A stretch of DNA of 64,000 nucleotides, from the sequence record DRR378314_1792; one strand, written 5' to 3'. Below are positions 20,750-29,006 of this stretch, piece after piece. The notes beneath the pieces were generated by a model. It saw only the letters and a list, made by a program, of their open reading frames with translations, was not told the DNA's origin and ran no database searches. A program made the position numbers and the translations under genes. Each line of letters starts with the position of its first letter. Position 1 is the first letter of the stretch.

Positions 20750-21999
20750 GAGCTGACTTCTTTTGGGAATTTCTTGGAAAGCGTTGTAATCCATGTTTCC
20801 GCATTAAATTCAGACCTTAATTTGTCAAAACCCTTCTCACTCAGTCGGATCCGCAAATCAGGGTTCCTAATCAAACTTTCCAACGCCAAAGACAGTTCCT
20901 CCGGCGAGTTTTGCGAGACAAGTAAACCGGTTTGATTATCGATAATCAACTCTGGAATAGCAGACACGGAGGTTGCCACAATCGCCGCCTTTTGACTTTG
21001 TGCTTCCATCAAGACATTTGGCAAACCATCGCGATCTCCGTCATCTGCAATTCGGCTGGCCAGAACAAAAATATCTGCCGAATTCATTGCCGCTTTTACC
21101 TCGGCCTGTGATTGTGGCCCCATCCAGTGACAACGATCCGCATAGGCGGAGATGGCGGCTTGCCCCTTCAACCCCTCTAAAAGGGGTCCACCACCAATAT
21201 GCGTAAACTCCCAATTCAGATCCTTTGGCAATCGAGCCAAGGCCCCCAGAACATCATCATAGCCTTTTTTCTCAACCGCCCTGCCCACGGACAAAATCTG
21301 TACCGGTTTTTCCGCATCGGACCCGGTGTGCTGATGAGGTTCGCGCTGAGTATCTTCAAACCGGCTCAAATCCAGTCCATGATACAGCAGCTCGATCTTG
21401 GTCGGATCAGCTGCCATCTGCCGCAAATGATCCACGTTAAAAGCCGTGCAGGTAACCAGCCAACTGACGTCTGACAGTTTCTCCTGAATTTCCCAGTCGG
21501 GCGATGTGTAAATATCCTTTGCATGCGCAGAGCAGCTCCACGGCAGATCAAGGCAAAAAGCCGTATATCTGGCAACTGAAGCCGGCGTATGTAGAAAATG
21601 CGCATATATCCTATCACTATTTTCCGGAAACTCAGCAGCCAGCACCATGGCCTGCCCAAACCGGCGAAACCGGTTGCGGCTAAAGTCCCGAACCAAATCC
21701 CGACGCCAGGTTCGAAAGGCCTTTTTATACCCCAACAGCTTTCGCGTCCTCCACCAGCCTTTGAAAACCCGGATCGGTTCCTGATGCAGATATTCAGGCA
21801 GGTAAGTCACAGGGGCTTGCATTTCTTGATGTATGGGATGGGTTTTCTTATCCGTGGGAAAGCGCAACGAGATCAAGTGCAATTTATGGCCCAGCTTTTC
21901 CAGCGCCCGAAGCTCCTGGGCGATGAAGGTTTCTGACAATCGGGGATATCCCTTCAGAACCACTGTGATTACCGGACCCGTTTTCTCTTTCTGCTGCAT
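20746..21999 (-). CDS. GT4-family glycosyltransferase (WcaL-like)
   Basis: YPRLSETFI, SAHAKDIY, SVGRAVEKKG, DGLPNVLME; start 21999 or 22023. Confidence 0.9.
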   Translation of the reverse strand: MQQKEKTGPVITVVLKGYPRLSETFIAQELRALEKLGHKLHLISLRFPTDKKTHPIHQEMQAPVTYLPEYLHQEPIRVFKGWWRTRKLLGYKKAFRTWRRDLVRDFSRNRFRRFGQAMVLAAEFPENSDRIYAHFLHTPASVARYTAFCLDLPWSCSAHAKDIYTSPDWEIQEKLSDVSWLVTCTAFNVDHLRQMAADPTKIELLYHGLDLSRFEDTQREPHQHTGSDAEKPVQILSVGRAVEKKGYDDVLGALARLPKDLNWEFTHIGGGPLLEGLKGQAAISAYADRCHWMGPQSQAEVKAAMNSADIFVLASRIADDGDRDGLPNVLMEAQSQKAAIVATSVSAIPELIIDNQTGLLVSQNSPEELSLALESLIRNPDLRIRLSEKGFDKLRSEFNAETWITTLSKKFPKEVSS

Positions 22000-22218
22000 C
22001 AAAGTTTCGTTCCACAAGATCAAAAATTTGTAGTAGGGGGTGTATTTCCGAATTTCAACCTAACATTTAAAAAAAGGGGACGTGACATCTTTCCCCAAAT
22101 CCCTCAAAAAGGGTTTTCTAATAAAATTTGGTCCTTGCTTGCGTTATGAGAAATGTGAAAAAGTGGCGCGGGAGCAATAATTTGACATATGTCTGGGCGG
22201 CAAGGCAGGTCTCACTGC

Positions 22219-24870
22219 ATGGAACATAGTATTTACAAATACATTCTGCGCCATAGTAAAAAGCAGCAGATTATCCTATTACTTATGTCCATCGGATCTT
22301 TTCCGTTCCTATATTACTATCTTGAACTTCCCAAAATCATCATTGATCAGGCGATCCAGGCAAAAGATATCGTCTTTCCTGTTGAGTTTATGGGTATCGC
22401 CATTGATCAGCAGGAATTTCTCTATGTGACTGTCGGTATCTTTCTGGTACTGGTCATCATCAATCAGAGCTTTAAATACGCGATTAATGTCTATCAGGGC
22501 ATCACGGGGGAGCGTATGCTGCGCCGGATGCGCTATGAACTTTATAGCCGTATTCTCCGCTTCCCACTGCCCATATTTCGAAAAAAGAGTTCTGGTGAAA
22601 TCATCCCGATGATCACCTCTGAAGTGGAACCCCTTGGTGGTTTTATCGGGGAGGCCTTTGTCTTACCGGTTTTTCAAGGCGGATATCTGCTGGTGATCAT
22701 GAGTTTTTTGCTCATTCAAAATGTGTATATGGCACTTGCTGCCATTGCCCTCTATCCCCTGCAGGCCTATTTCATTCCGAAAATGCAGCGGATCGTAAAC
22801 CAGCTTGGAAAAGAGAGAGTTCAGCGGGTTCGGGTCCTTTCCGATAAAATCGGTGAGACAGTGGCCGGTATCCAGGAAATTCATATTCACGATACATCCA
22901 ATCTGCTACGAGCTGACTTCACCAACCAACTGGGCCGTATATATTTTATCCGCTACCGGATCTATTTGCTGAAGTTCATTATCAAGTTCCTGAATAACTT
23001 TATTCAACAACTGGGGCCATTCTTTTTCTACGCCATCGGCGGCACCATGGTCATTGCTGGCACCCTGGAAATTGGCACATTGGTGGCGGCCATTACAGCT
23101 CATAAAGAAATGGCGGCTCCGTGGAAAGAGCTACTTGCTTATTATCAACGACGTGAAGACGCCCGGATCAAATATCAACAGGTCGTGGAACAGTTTGAAC
23201 CCGCCGGCATCCGAGATGACAAGTACCAGATGGACGAGCCGGATCCCATGCCACACCTGTCTGGAGAACTGGTCGGCTCAAACCTGATCTTGTCCGATGA
23301 CACGGGCTCCGCCCAACTTGAAGGGCTGAATATTCGCGGAGATTTGAAACAGAAACTGGCGATTGTGGGTGCTGCTGGCTCTGGCCGTGACGCATTGACC
23401 AAAATTATAGCTCGCTTGATTGATCCTGATCGCGGAAAACTTAGTGTTGGAACAATCGACCTGCTGACTGCCCCTCAATCTCTGACCGGACGGCGCATCT
23501 CCTATCTGGGGCAAAGCGGATATGTGTTTAATAGCTCAATCGGGGATAATCTGTTTTTCGGGCTGAAGCATCGCCCCCTACGGGAAGTCGACCTGGAGGA
23601 TGAGGACGAGGTTGATTTTCTGAAAAGAGATCGACCGGAAATCGAAATTACCTCGAACAGCCCCTTTTCTGTCCGGGCGGACTGGATCGATTTTGACAGT
23701 GCTGGTGTTTCAACCCTCGATGAACTGGATGCCCGGGCCATCGATATTTTGCAGATGGTAGAGCTGGGCGATGATGTTTATCAATTTGGCCTCAGAAGTA
23801 CGCTCGATCCAAAAGAAGACAGCGAAGTTGCATCCCTGATCCTGACAGCGCGGCGGCGGTTTTTCGAAAAACTGGAAGCTGACCCGGCTCTTAAAAACCT
23901 GGTTGAGGCGTTCGAGGAAGATCAATACAACACTAACGCCACTCTGGGTGAAAACCTGCTCTTTGGAACTCCAGTAGGCAACAGCTTTGATATGGAGCGG
24001 CTTGCTGAAAATTCCTACGTGCAGAAGGTGATTGACGAAGCCAACCTGACCACGGCTTTCCTCAACATGGGCTATCAGGTTGCAACCTTAATGGTTGAAC
24101 TTTTCGCCGATTTGCCCCCTGAACACGAATTTTTCCAGCAATATGGCTTTATTTCATCAGAAGAGCTTCCGGACTATCAGGCCATTCTGTCTCGGGTGAA
24201 CCCCGACAACCTGGATCAACTGCGCGAGGAAGACCGGCTTCGGTTTATGTCTCTTCCCTTCAAAGTCATTCCATCCCGCCATCGTCTAGGCGTGATTACC
24301 GACGAAATTCAAGACAAAATTGTCCTCGCCCGTAAACAGTTCATCGATCACCTGCCTGAACATCTCCACGGCAAAATCGAATTTTTCGATTCAGACGCCT
24401 ACAACACAGCCGCCAATATTCAGGATAATATCCTGTTTGGCAAAATTGCCTATGGCTACGCCCAGGCCAATGAAAAAATTGGCGCCCTTCTGGCAGAAGT
24501 CGTGGCTGAAATGGATCTGAAACGGTCTATCATTAAAGTTGGTCTGAATTTTAACGTCGGTTCAGGCGGTGCACGGCTCAGTGAAAATCAACGCCAGAAA
24601 CTGTGTATTGCCCGGGCCATTATCAAAAAACCGGATCTGTTGGTCCTGAACCAGGCAACAGCATCTCTGGACTCCAGATCTCAACAACGCATTCTGGAAA
24701 ATATTCTATCGGAATTTGAAGACCGAGCCGTAATCTGGTCTCTGGACAAGCCTGAGATGGCCTATCTATTTGACCAGGTTCATTACATTGCAGGCGGCCT
24801 GATCATGGATACAGGTTCTTTCGAAGATCTGAAAAGCCGAAATGAACAATTCAAATCGCTGATCAGCTAG
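22219..24870 (+). CDS. Fused ABC exporter-type permease plus degenerate, expanded ATPase domain
   Basis: N-terminal ABC_membrane domain (~6 TM); Walker A-like GAAGSGRD, signature-like LSENQRQK, Walker B-like LLVLNQAT; start 22219 or 22189. Confidence 0.88.
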   Translation: MEHSIYKYILRHSKKQQIILLLMSIGSFPFLYYYLELPKIIIDQAIQAKDIVFPVEFMGIAIDQQEFLYVTVGIFLVLVIINQSFKYAINVYQGITGERMLRRMRYELYSRILRFPLPIFRKKSSGEIIPMITSEVEPLGGFIGEAFVLPVFQGGYLLVIMSFLLIQNVYMALAAIALYPLQAYFIPKMQRIVNQLGKERVQRVRVLSDKIGETVAGIQEIHIHDTSNLLRADFTNQLGRIYFIRYRIYLLKFIIKFLNNFIQQLGPFFFYAIGGTMVIAGTLEIGTLVAAITAHKEMAAPWKELLAYYQRREDARIKYQQVVEQFEPAGIRDDKYQMDEPDPMPHLSGELVGSNLILSDDTGSAQLEGLNIRGDLKQKLAIVGAAGSGRDALTKIIARLIDPDRGKLSVGTIDLLTAPQSLTGRRISYLGQSGYVFNSSIGDNLFFGLKHRPLREVDLEDEDEVDFLKRDRPEIEITSNSPFSVRADWIDFDSAGVSTLDELDARAIDILQMVELGDDVYQFGLRSTLDPKEDSEVASLILTARRRFFEKLEADPALKNLVEAFEEDQYNTNATLGENLLFGTPVGNSFDMERLAENSYVQKVIDEANLTTAFLNMGYQVATLMVELFADLPPEHEFFQQYGFISSEELPDYQAILSRVNPDNLDQLREEDRLRFMSLPFKVIPSRHRLGVITDEIQDKIVLARKQFIDHLPEHLHGKIEFFDSDAYNTAANIQDNILFGKIAYGYAQANEKIGALLAEVVAEMDLKRSIIKVGLNFNVGSGGARLSENQRQKLCIARAIIKKPDLLVLNQATASLDSRSQQRILENILSEFEDRAVIWSLDKPEMAYLFDQVHYIAGGLIMDTGSFEDLKSRNEQFKSLIS

Positions 24871-24896
24871 CGCAAGAACAAGAAGGAGCAGTCATC

Positions 24897-25364
24897 ATGA
24901 CTTTACGAGAAGAAGTCGAAACACTCAGGCAAATTCCACTCTTTGCAAAAGTTGACCCATCCAAAATCAAGTTACTCGCCTTTACTGCCGAACGGCTAAC
25001 CTTTCAGCCGGGGGATCTCCTATGCAAGCAAGGTGAAATGGGTGATGCGGCCTATGTCATCATTAATGGTAAAGCTGACGTGGTGATCGACACACCGACA
25101 GGCCCGATCACGGTTGCAACCATGCATAAAAACGACGTGGTCGGAGAAATTGCCATTTTGATCAATATTCCCCGAACCGCAACGATTAAAGCTGCCTCTG
25201 AATTGACAACATTGCGGATCACGAAAGATCTGTTCCTGCGGACCATTACAGAATTCCCGGAAATGTCGATTGAAATGATGCGGGTCCTTGCAGATCGCCT
25301 GGTAAAAACCACCGAAGAACTCCAAAAAGCCAAAGAAAGCCTTCGAAAAGAAACTGGTCAGTGA
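24897..25364 (+). CDS. Stand-alone cyclic nucleotide-binding domain protein
   Basis: IPLF, QGEMGD, phosphate-binding cassette VGEIAILINIPRTATIKA; no HTH; AGGAG RBS. Confidence 0.92.
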   Translation: MTLREEVETLRQIPLFAKVDPSKIKLLAFTAERLTFQPGDLLCKQGEMGDAAYVIINGKADVVIDTPTGPITVATMHKNDVVGEIAILINIPRTATIKAASELTTLRITKDLFLRTITEFPEMSIEMMRVLADRLVKTTEELQKAKESLRKETGQ

Positions 25365-25406
25365 AGACTGCGCCTGCCACTCACTCCCGCTAAGAAAGCC
25401 TCTCAA

Positions 25407-26720
25407 TTGCTCATTCGCCGCTGGCTTGAAGCCGCATCGATCTACAAAGATCCCCGTGTTCTTGCAATTCTGTTCCTTGGATTTTCATCCGGCCTGCCAT
25501 TGGCGCTAACGGGAACAACCCTCGCTCTTTGGTTACGCGAAGAAGGCTTGACCCTGACCTCCATTGGCCTTTTTGCCAATGTGGCAACACCCTATGCGCT
25601 GAAATTCCTCTGGGCGCCGTTAATCGACAAATTGCCAGTTCCTGTTTTAACCCGCCTTGTCGGCCGGCGGCGAGGGTGGATGATCCTGACGCAAATATGT
25701 TTGATGGCGTCAATCGTTGGGATGGGATCGGTTAATCCAAATACGCATATTGAACTAACCGCATTATTTGCATTTCTGGTCGCATTTTCCTCTGCCAGTC
25801 AGGATATTGTAATAGATGCTTATCGGGTTGAAATATCAGATGAAAAGAGCATGGCAGCCGGGGCTGCCGCCATTGTATTCGGCTATAGAATTGGCATGCT
25901 TGTCTCTGGCGCAGGAGCGCTCTATCTAGCATCAGTCGTGAGTTGGCAGCTCACGTTTACGGTTATGGCCGCCCTGATGTTGATCGGTATGATTACGATC
26001 ATGATTGCCGGTGAACCGACGACAAAAGTAGCGGTAGATCCTGCGGTGAGCAAAAGTTCAGTCCGGGATTTCAATACTTACCTGACCTGGATCCGCGAAG
26101 CTGTTATTGATCCGTTCAGCGAATTTCTGGGTCGCAAAGGGTGGCTTCCAATCCTTCTATTTGTGGTGTTTTACAAATTTGGCGACAGCCTTGCCGGCGT
26201 CATGAGCACCCCTTTCTTTTACGATCTTGGGTTTACTAAAATCGAAATTGCAAATGTCAGCAAGATCTATGGAACCGCTGCCACCTTTATCGGCCTTGCT
26301 TTGGGTGGCTGGTTGATGGCCGCCACAGGACTTTATAAGACCTTATGGATTTGCGGATTTCTACAATTGGGATCCAATTTGATGTTTGCCTTGCAGGCGA
26401 TGGCTGGAAATGATGTCAGCGTACTTGCTTTAACCGTAGGAGTTGAAAATCTTTCGGGTGGCATGGGCACAGCTGCCTTTGTGGCATATCTGTCCAGCCT
26501 GTGTAATGTCGCTTTCACAGCAACTCAATATGCCCTCCTTTCCTCCTTTATGGCGACGGCCCGGATCTGGTTCTCCTCCCCCGGGGGCTGGCTCGCGGAA
26601 CAGCTGGGATGGATACAGTTTTTTATGACAACAGTGCTGGCCGCACTCCCCGGTCTAGTGCTATTATGGTGGCTAACACGTTCAATAAATCCGACAAAAT
26701 CCGATCAGACCCAATTATAA
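25407..26720 (+). CDS. ampG: AmpG-family muropeptide MFS permease
   Basis: LGFSSGLP, KFLWAPLID, GRRRGW, SASQDIVIDAYR, ATQYALLSS. Confidence 0.92.
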   Translation: MLIRRWLEAASIYKDPRVLAILFLGFSSGLPLALTGTTLALWLREEGLTLTSIGLFANVATPYALKFLWAPLIDKLPVPVLTRLVGRRRGWMILTQICLMASIVGMGSVNPNTHIELTALFAFLVAFSSASQDIVIDAYRVEISDEKSMAAGAAAIVFGYRIGMLVSGAGALYLASVVSWQLTFTVMAALMLIGMITIMIAGEPTTKVAVDPAVSKSSVRDFNTYLTWIREAVIDPFSEFLGRKGWLPILLFVVFYKFGDSLAGVMSTPFFYDLGFTKIEIANVSKIYGTAATFIGLALGGWLMAATGLYKTLWICGFLQLGSNLMFALQAMAGNDVSVLALTVGVENLSGGMGTAAFVAYLSSLCNVAFTATQYALLSSFMATARIWFSSPGGWLAEQLGWIQFFMTTVLAALPGLVLLWWLTRSINPTKSDQTQL

Positions 26721-26759
26721 GAAAAAAAGTTCCGATAACGGAATAAAGGGGGATATATT

Positions 26760-28265
26760 ATGAATATCGCAAATATACTGGCGCGAACGTCACGCTCTTT
26801 TTCCGAGTATCCAGCGCTTGCCTATGGCAATGAAATTGTGGCGAATTATGCAGAATTCGAACAAAAATCTGCGGCGTTGGCAGCCACTCTGAAAACCGAA
26901 TATGGCCTTCAAACCGGTGATCGGGTGGCGTTGATCATGAAAAACCATCCTGATTACTGGATTTGCTTGTTTGCAGTCTGGCATGCCGGGTTGGTTGCCG
27001 TTCCTGTTAATGCCAAACTTCACCTGACTGAGTTTCAGTATATTCTCGACAATTCAGAAAGCCGATTGTGTTTTGCGACACCGGAGCTGGCCGATCAATT
27101 GCAGTCCCTACAAAATGCCCCGCCAGTCATCAATATTGCAGATGCAAATTTCAACGATGCTTTACAGAGCACTCCCATACCGATGCAAGATCGGGCACCG
27201 GATGATCTGGCCTGGCTTTTTTATACTTCCGGCACGACAGGAAAACCCAAAGGGGCCATGATCAGCCACCGGAATCTGCTTTGTGCGATTACCAGCTATT
27301 TTTCCGATGTGACGGCAATCAACCCTGGCGATGCGGTCATCCATTCGGCACCCCAAACCCATGGCTCCGGCCTTTATGGACTACCGCTGATCGCGAAAGC
27401 CGGGATTCAGGTCACCCCGGTAAGCGGCGGATTTGACCCGGCGGAAACCTTCGGATTAATTGCCAGATACCCCAATTCCTGTTTTTTCTTTGCCCCGACA
27501 ATGATCCACCGGCTGATTACGTCCGAGGCCATAAAAACAGCCGACACCAGCCAATTGAAGCTGATTGTCTATGGCGGCGGGCCCATGTATGAAGCGGATA
27601 TCCGGGCAGCCCTGGACGCCCTCGGCCCTAAATTCTGCCAAATTTATGGACAGGGCGAAGCACCAATGACCATTACGGCCTTAAGCCAGTGGGAACTATC
27701 TGAAAATACGGATCATCCCAACCGTGCTGACCGGCTCGCCTCTGTTGGGTTGGAACGCACGGATGTAGAGGTTCGGATTGTTGATGAAAATGGAGAGGAA
27801 GTTGCGACTGGCGATGTCGGCGAAATCATCGTTCGTGGTGATGTGGTTATGCTCGGCTATTGGAAGAACCCTGGCGCCACCCAAGACACCATCCGGGATG
27901 GCTGGCTGTACACCGGAGACATGGGCGCCCGGGATGAAGATGGTTTTATCACGTTAAAAGACCGCTCCAAGGATGTGATTATTTCCGGTGGCACCAACAT
28001 ATACCCTCGTGAGGTGGAGGAAGTATTGCTCACCCATCCCGCCGTCGACGAAGTTTCTGTCGTTGGCCGTCATCATGTTGAATGGGGTGAAGAGGTCGTT
28101 GCATTCGTCGTGGCCGACAAGTCCCTGACAACTCAGGAGTTGGACGCCCATTGTGTTGAACATATGGCCCGGTTCAAACGGCCAAAAGAATATATTTTTA
28201 AAGATGAGCTGCCGAAAAACAACTACGGCAAAGTCCTGAAAACCGAGCTGCGACAAGAATTGTAA
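26760..28265 (+). CDS. AMP-binding acyl-CoA synthetase
   Basis: YTSGTTGKPKG, YGQGE, GWLYTGD, LPKNNYGK. Confidence 0.93.
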   Translation: MNIANILARTSRSFSEYPALAYGNEIVANYAEFEQKSAALAATLKTEYGLQTGDRVALIMKNHPDYWICLFAVWHAGLVAVPVNAKLHLTEFQYILDNSESRLCFATPELADQLQSLQNAPPVINIADANFNDALQSTPIPMQDRAPDDLAWLFYTSGTTGKPKGAMISHRNLLCAITSYFSDVTAINPGDAVIHSAPQTHGSGLYGLPLIAKAGIQVTPVSGGFDPAETFGLIARYPNSCFFFAPTMIHRLITSEAIKTADTSQLKLIVYGGGPMYEADIRAALDALGPKFCQIYGQGEAPMTITALSQWELSENTDHPNRADRLASVGLERTDVEVRIVDENGEEVATGDVGEIIVRGDVVMLGYWKNPGATQDTIRDGWLYTGDMGARDEDGFITLKDRSKDVIISGGTNIYPREVEEVLLTHPAVDEVSVVGRHHVEWGEEVVAFVVADKSLTTQELDAHCVEHMARFKRPKEYIFKDELPKNNYGKVLKTELRQEL

Positions 28266-28270
28266 GTCGC

Positions 28271-28864
28271 TTATCCAGTTCGGCTTACCTGATACGTAAG
28301 GTGGGATTTTACCGTTGGCCATTCACTTTGCAGGATGCTGTAGACACACGTATCCCGCAAAGTGCCGTCGGGCATAATCATATGATTTCGCAAGATCCCA
28401 TCAAGTTTGGCCCCCAGCCCTTCAATCGCCTGACGACTTTGACGGTTAAAAAAATGCGTTCTGAATTCGACGGCTATACAGGACCACACCTCAAAGGCAT
28501 GGGTCAGCATCAATTGCTTGCAGCGTCGGTTAATACCGGTCCGCTGGGCAGAACGGGCATACCAGGTACTGCCAATTTCCACACGCTGATGAGTTGCATC
28601 TGCGTTCATGAAGGTTGTCATGCCCACCGGAATGCCTGCCCCCCGATCGACAATTGTATAGGGCAGCATGGTCTGGGCATCCTGCAGTGACAACCGTCTT
28701 CTGATTTCTGCTGCCATCCCCTCTGGTGTGGGAACAGCTGTATACCAGAGCTTCCAAAGCTCCCCATCACTTGCAGCATCGATTAAACCCGCTTCATGAT
28801 CAGGCGTTAACGGAATGAGGGCAACAAGCTCATCTTGCAAAATTTCCGGCGACAACCACGACAT
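28271..28864 (-). CDS. RimJ/RimL-type GNAT acetyltransferase
   Basis: VEIGSTWY, AQRTGIN, SRQAIEGLGAKLDGILR, RDTCVYSI. Confidence 0.9.
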   Translation of the reverse strand: MSWLSPEILQDELVALIPLTPDHEAGLIDAASDGELWKLWYTAVPTPEGMAAEIRRRLSLQDAQTMLPYTIVDRGAGIPVGMTTFMNADATHQRVEIGSTWYARSAQRTGINRRCKQLMLTHAFEVWSCIAVEFRTHFFNRQSRQAIEGLGAKLDGILRNHMIMPDGTLRDTCVYSILQSEWPTVKSHLTYQVSRTG

Positions 28865-28952
28865 TTCAGAACCTCTCAGAATGATATTGGCTCTTTCAGT
28901 ATCGAGATTTATGTATTTTCAAAAGAACCAATTTAAACAATCAGTAAGAGCC

Positions 28953-28985
28953 AAAAAAAGCCCGCCATTTTGGGGCGGGCTTTTT
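28953..28985. terminator. Intrinsic terminator (bidirectional form) downstream of maeB
   Basis: AAAAAAAGCCCGCC-ATTTTGG-GGCGGGCTTTTT. Confidence 0.9.
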
Positions 28986-29006
28986 ATGTGATGTCGACAG
29001 TTTGGG

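Noticed and set aside
22024-22188. Possible CRP/Clr site in the divergent promoter of the glycan locus
   Set aside because: Only half-sites (CGTGA, TGTGA) and a short GGGGA-N11-TCCCC repeat; no full palindrome.
9183-25364. Cyclase plus cNMP protein as a Pycsar/CBASS-type anti-phage system
   Set aside because: The cyclase has ATP-specifying residues and a TM sensor, the cNMP protein has no TIR or TM effector, they lie 14 kb apart, and no defence-island genes are present.
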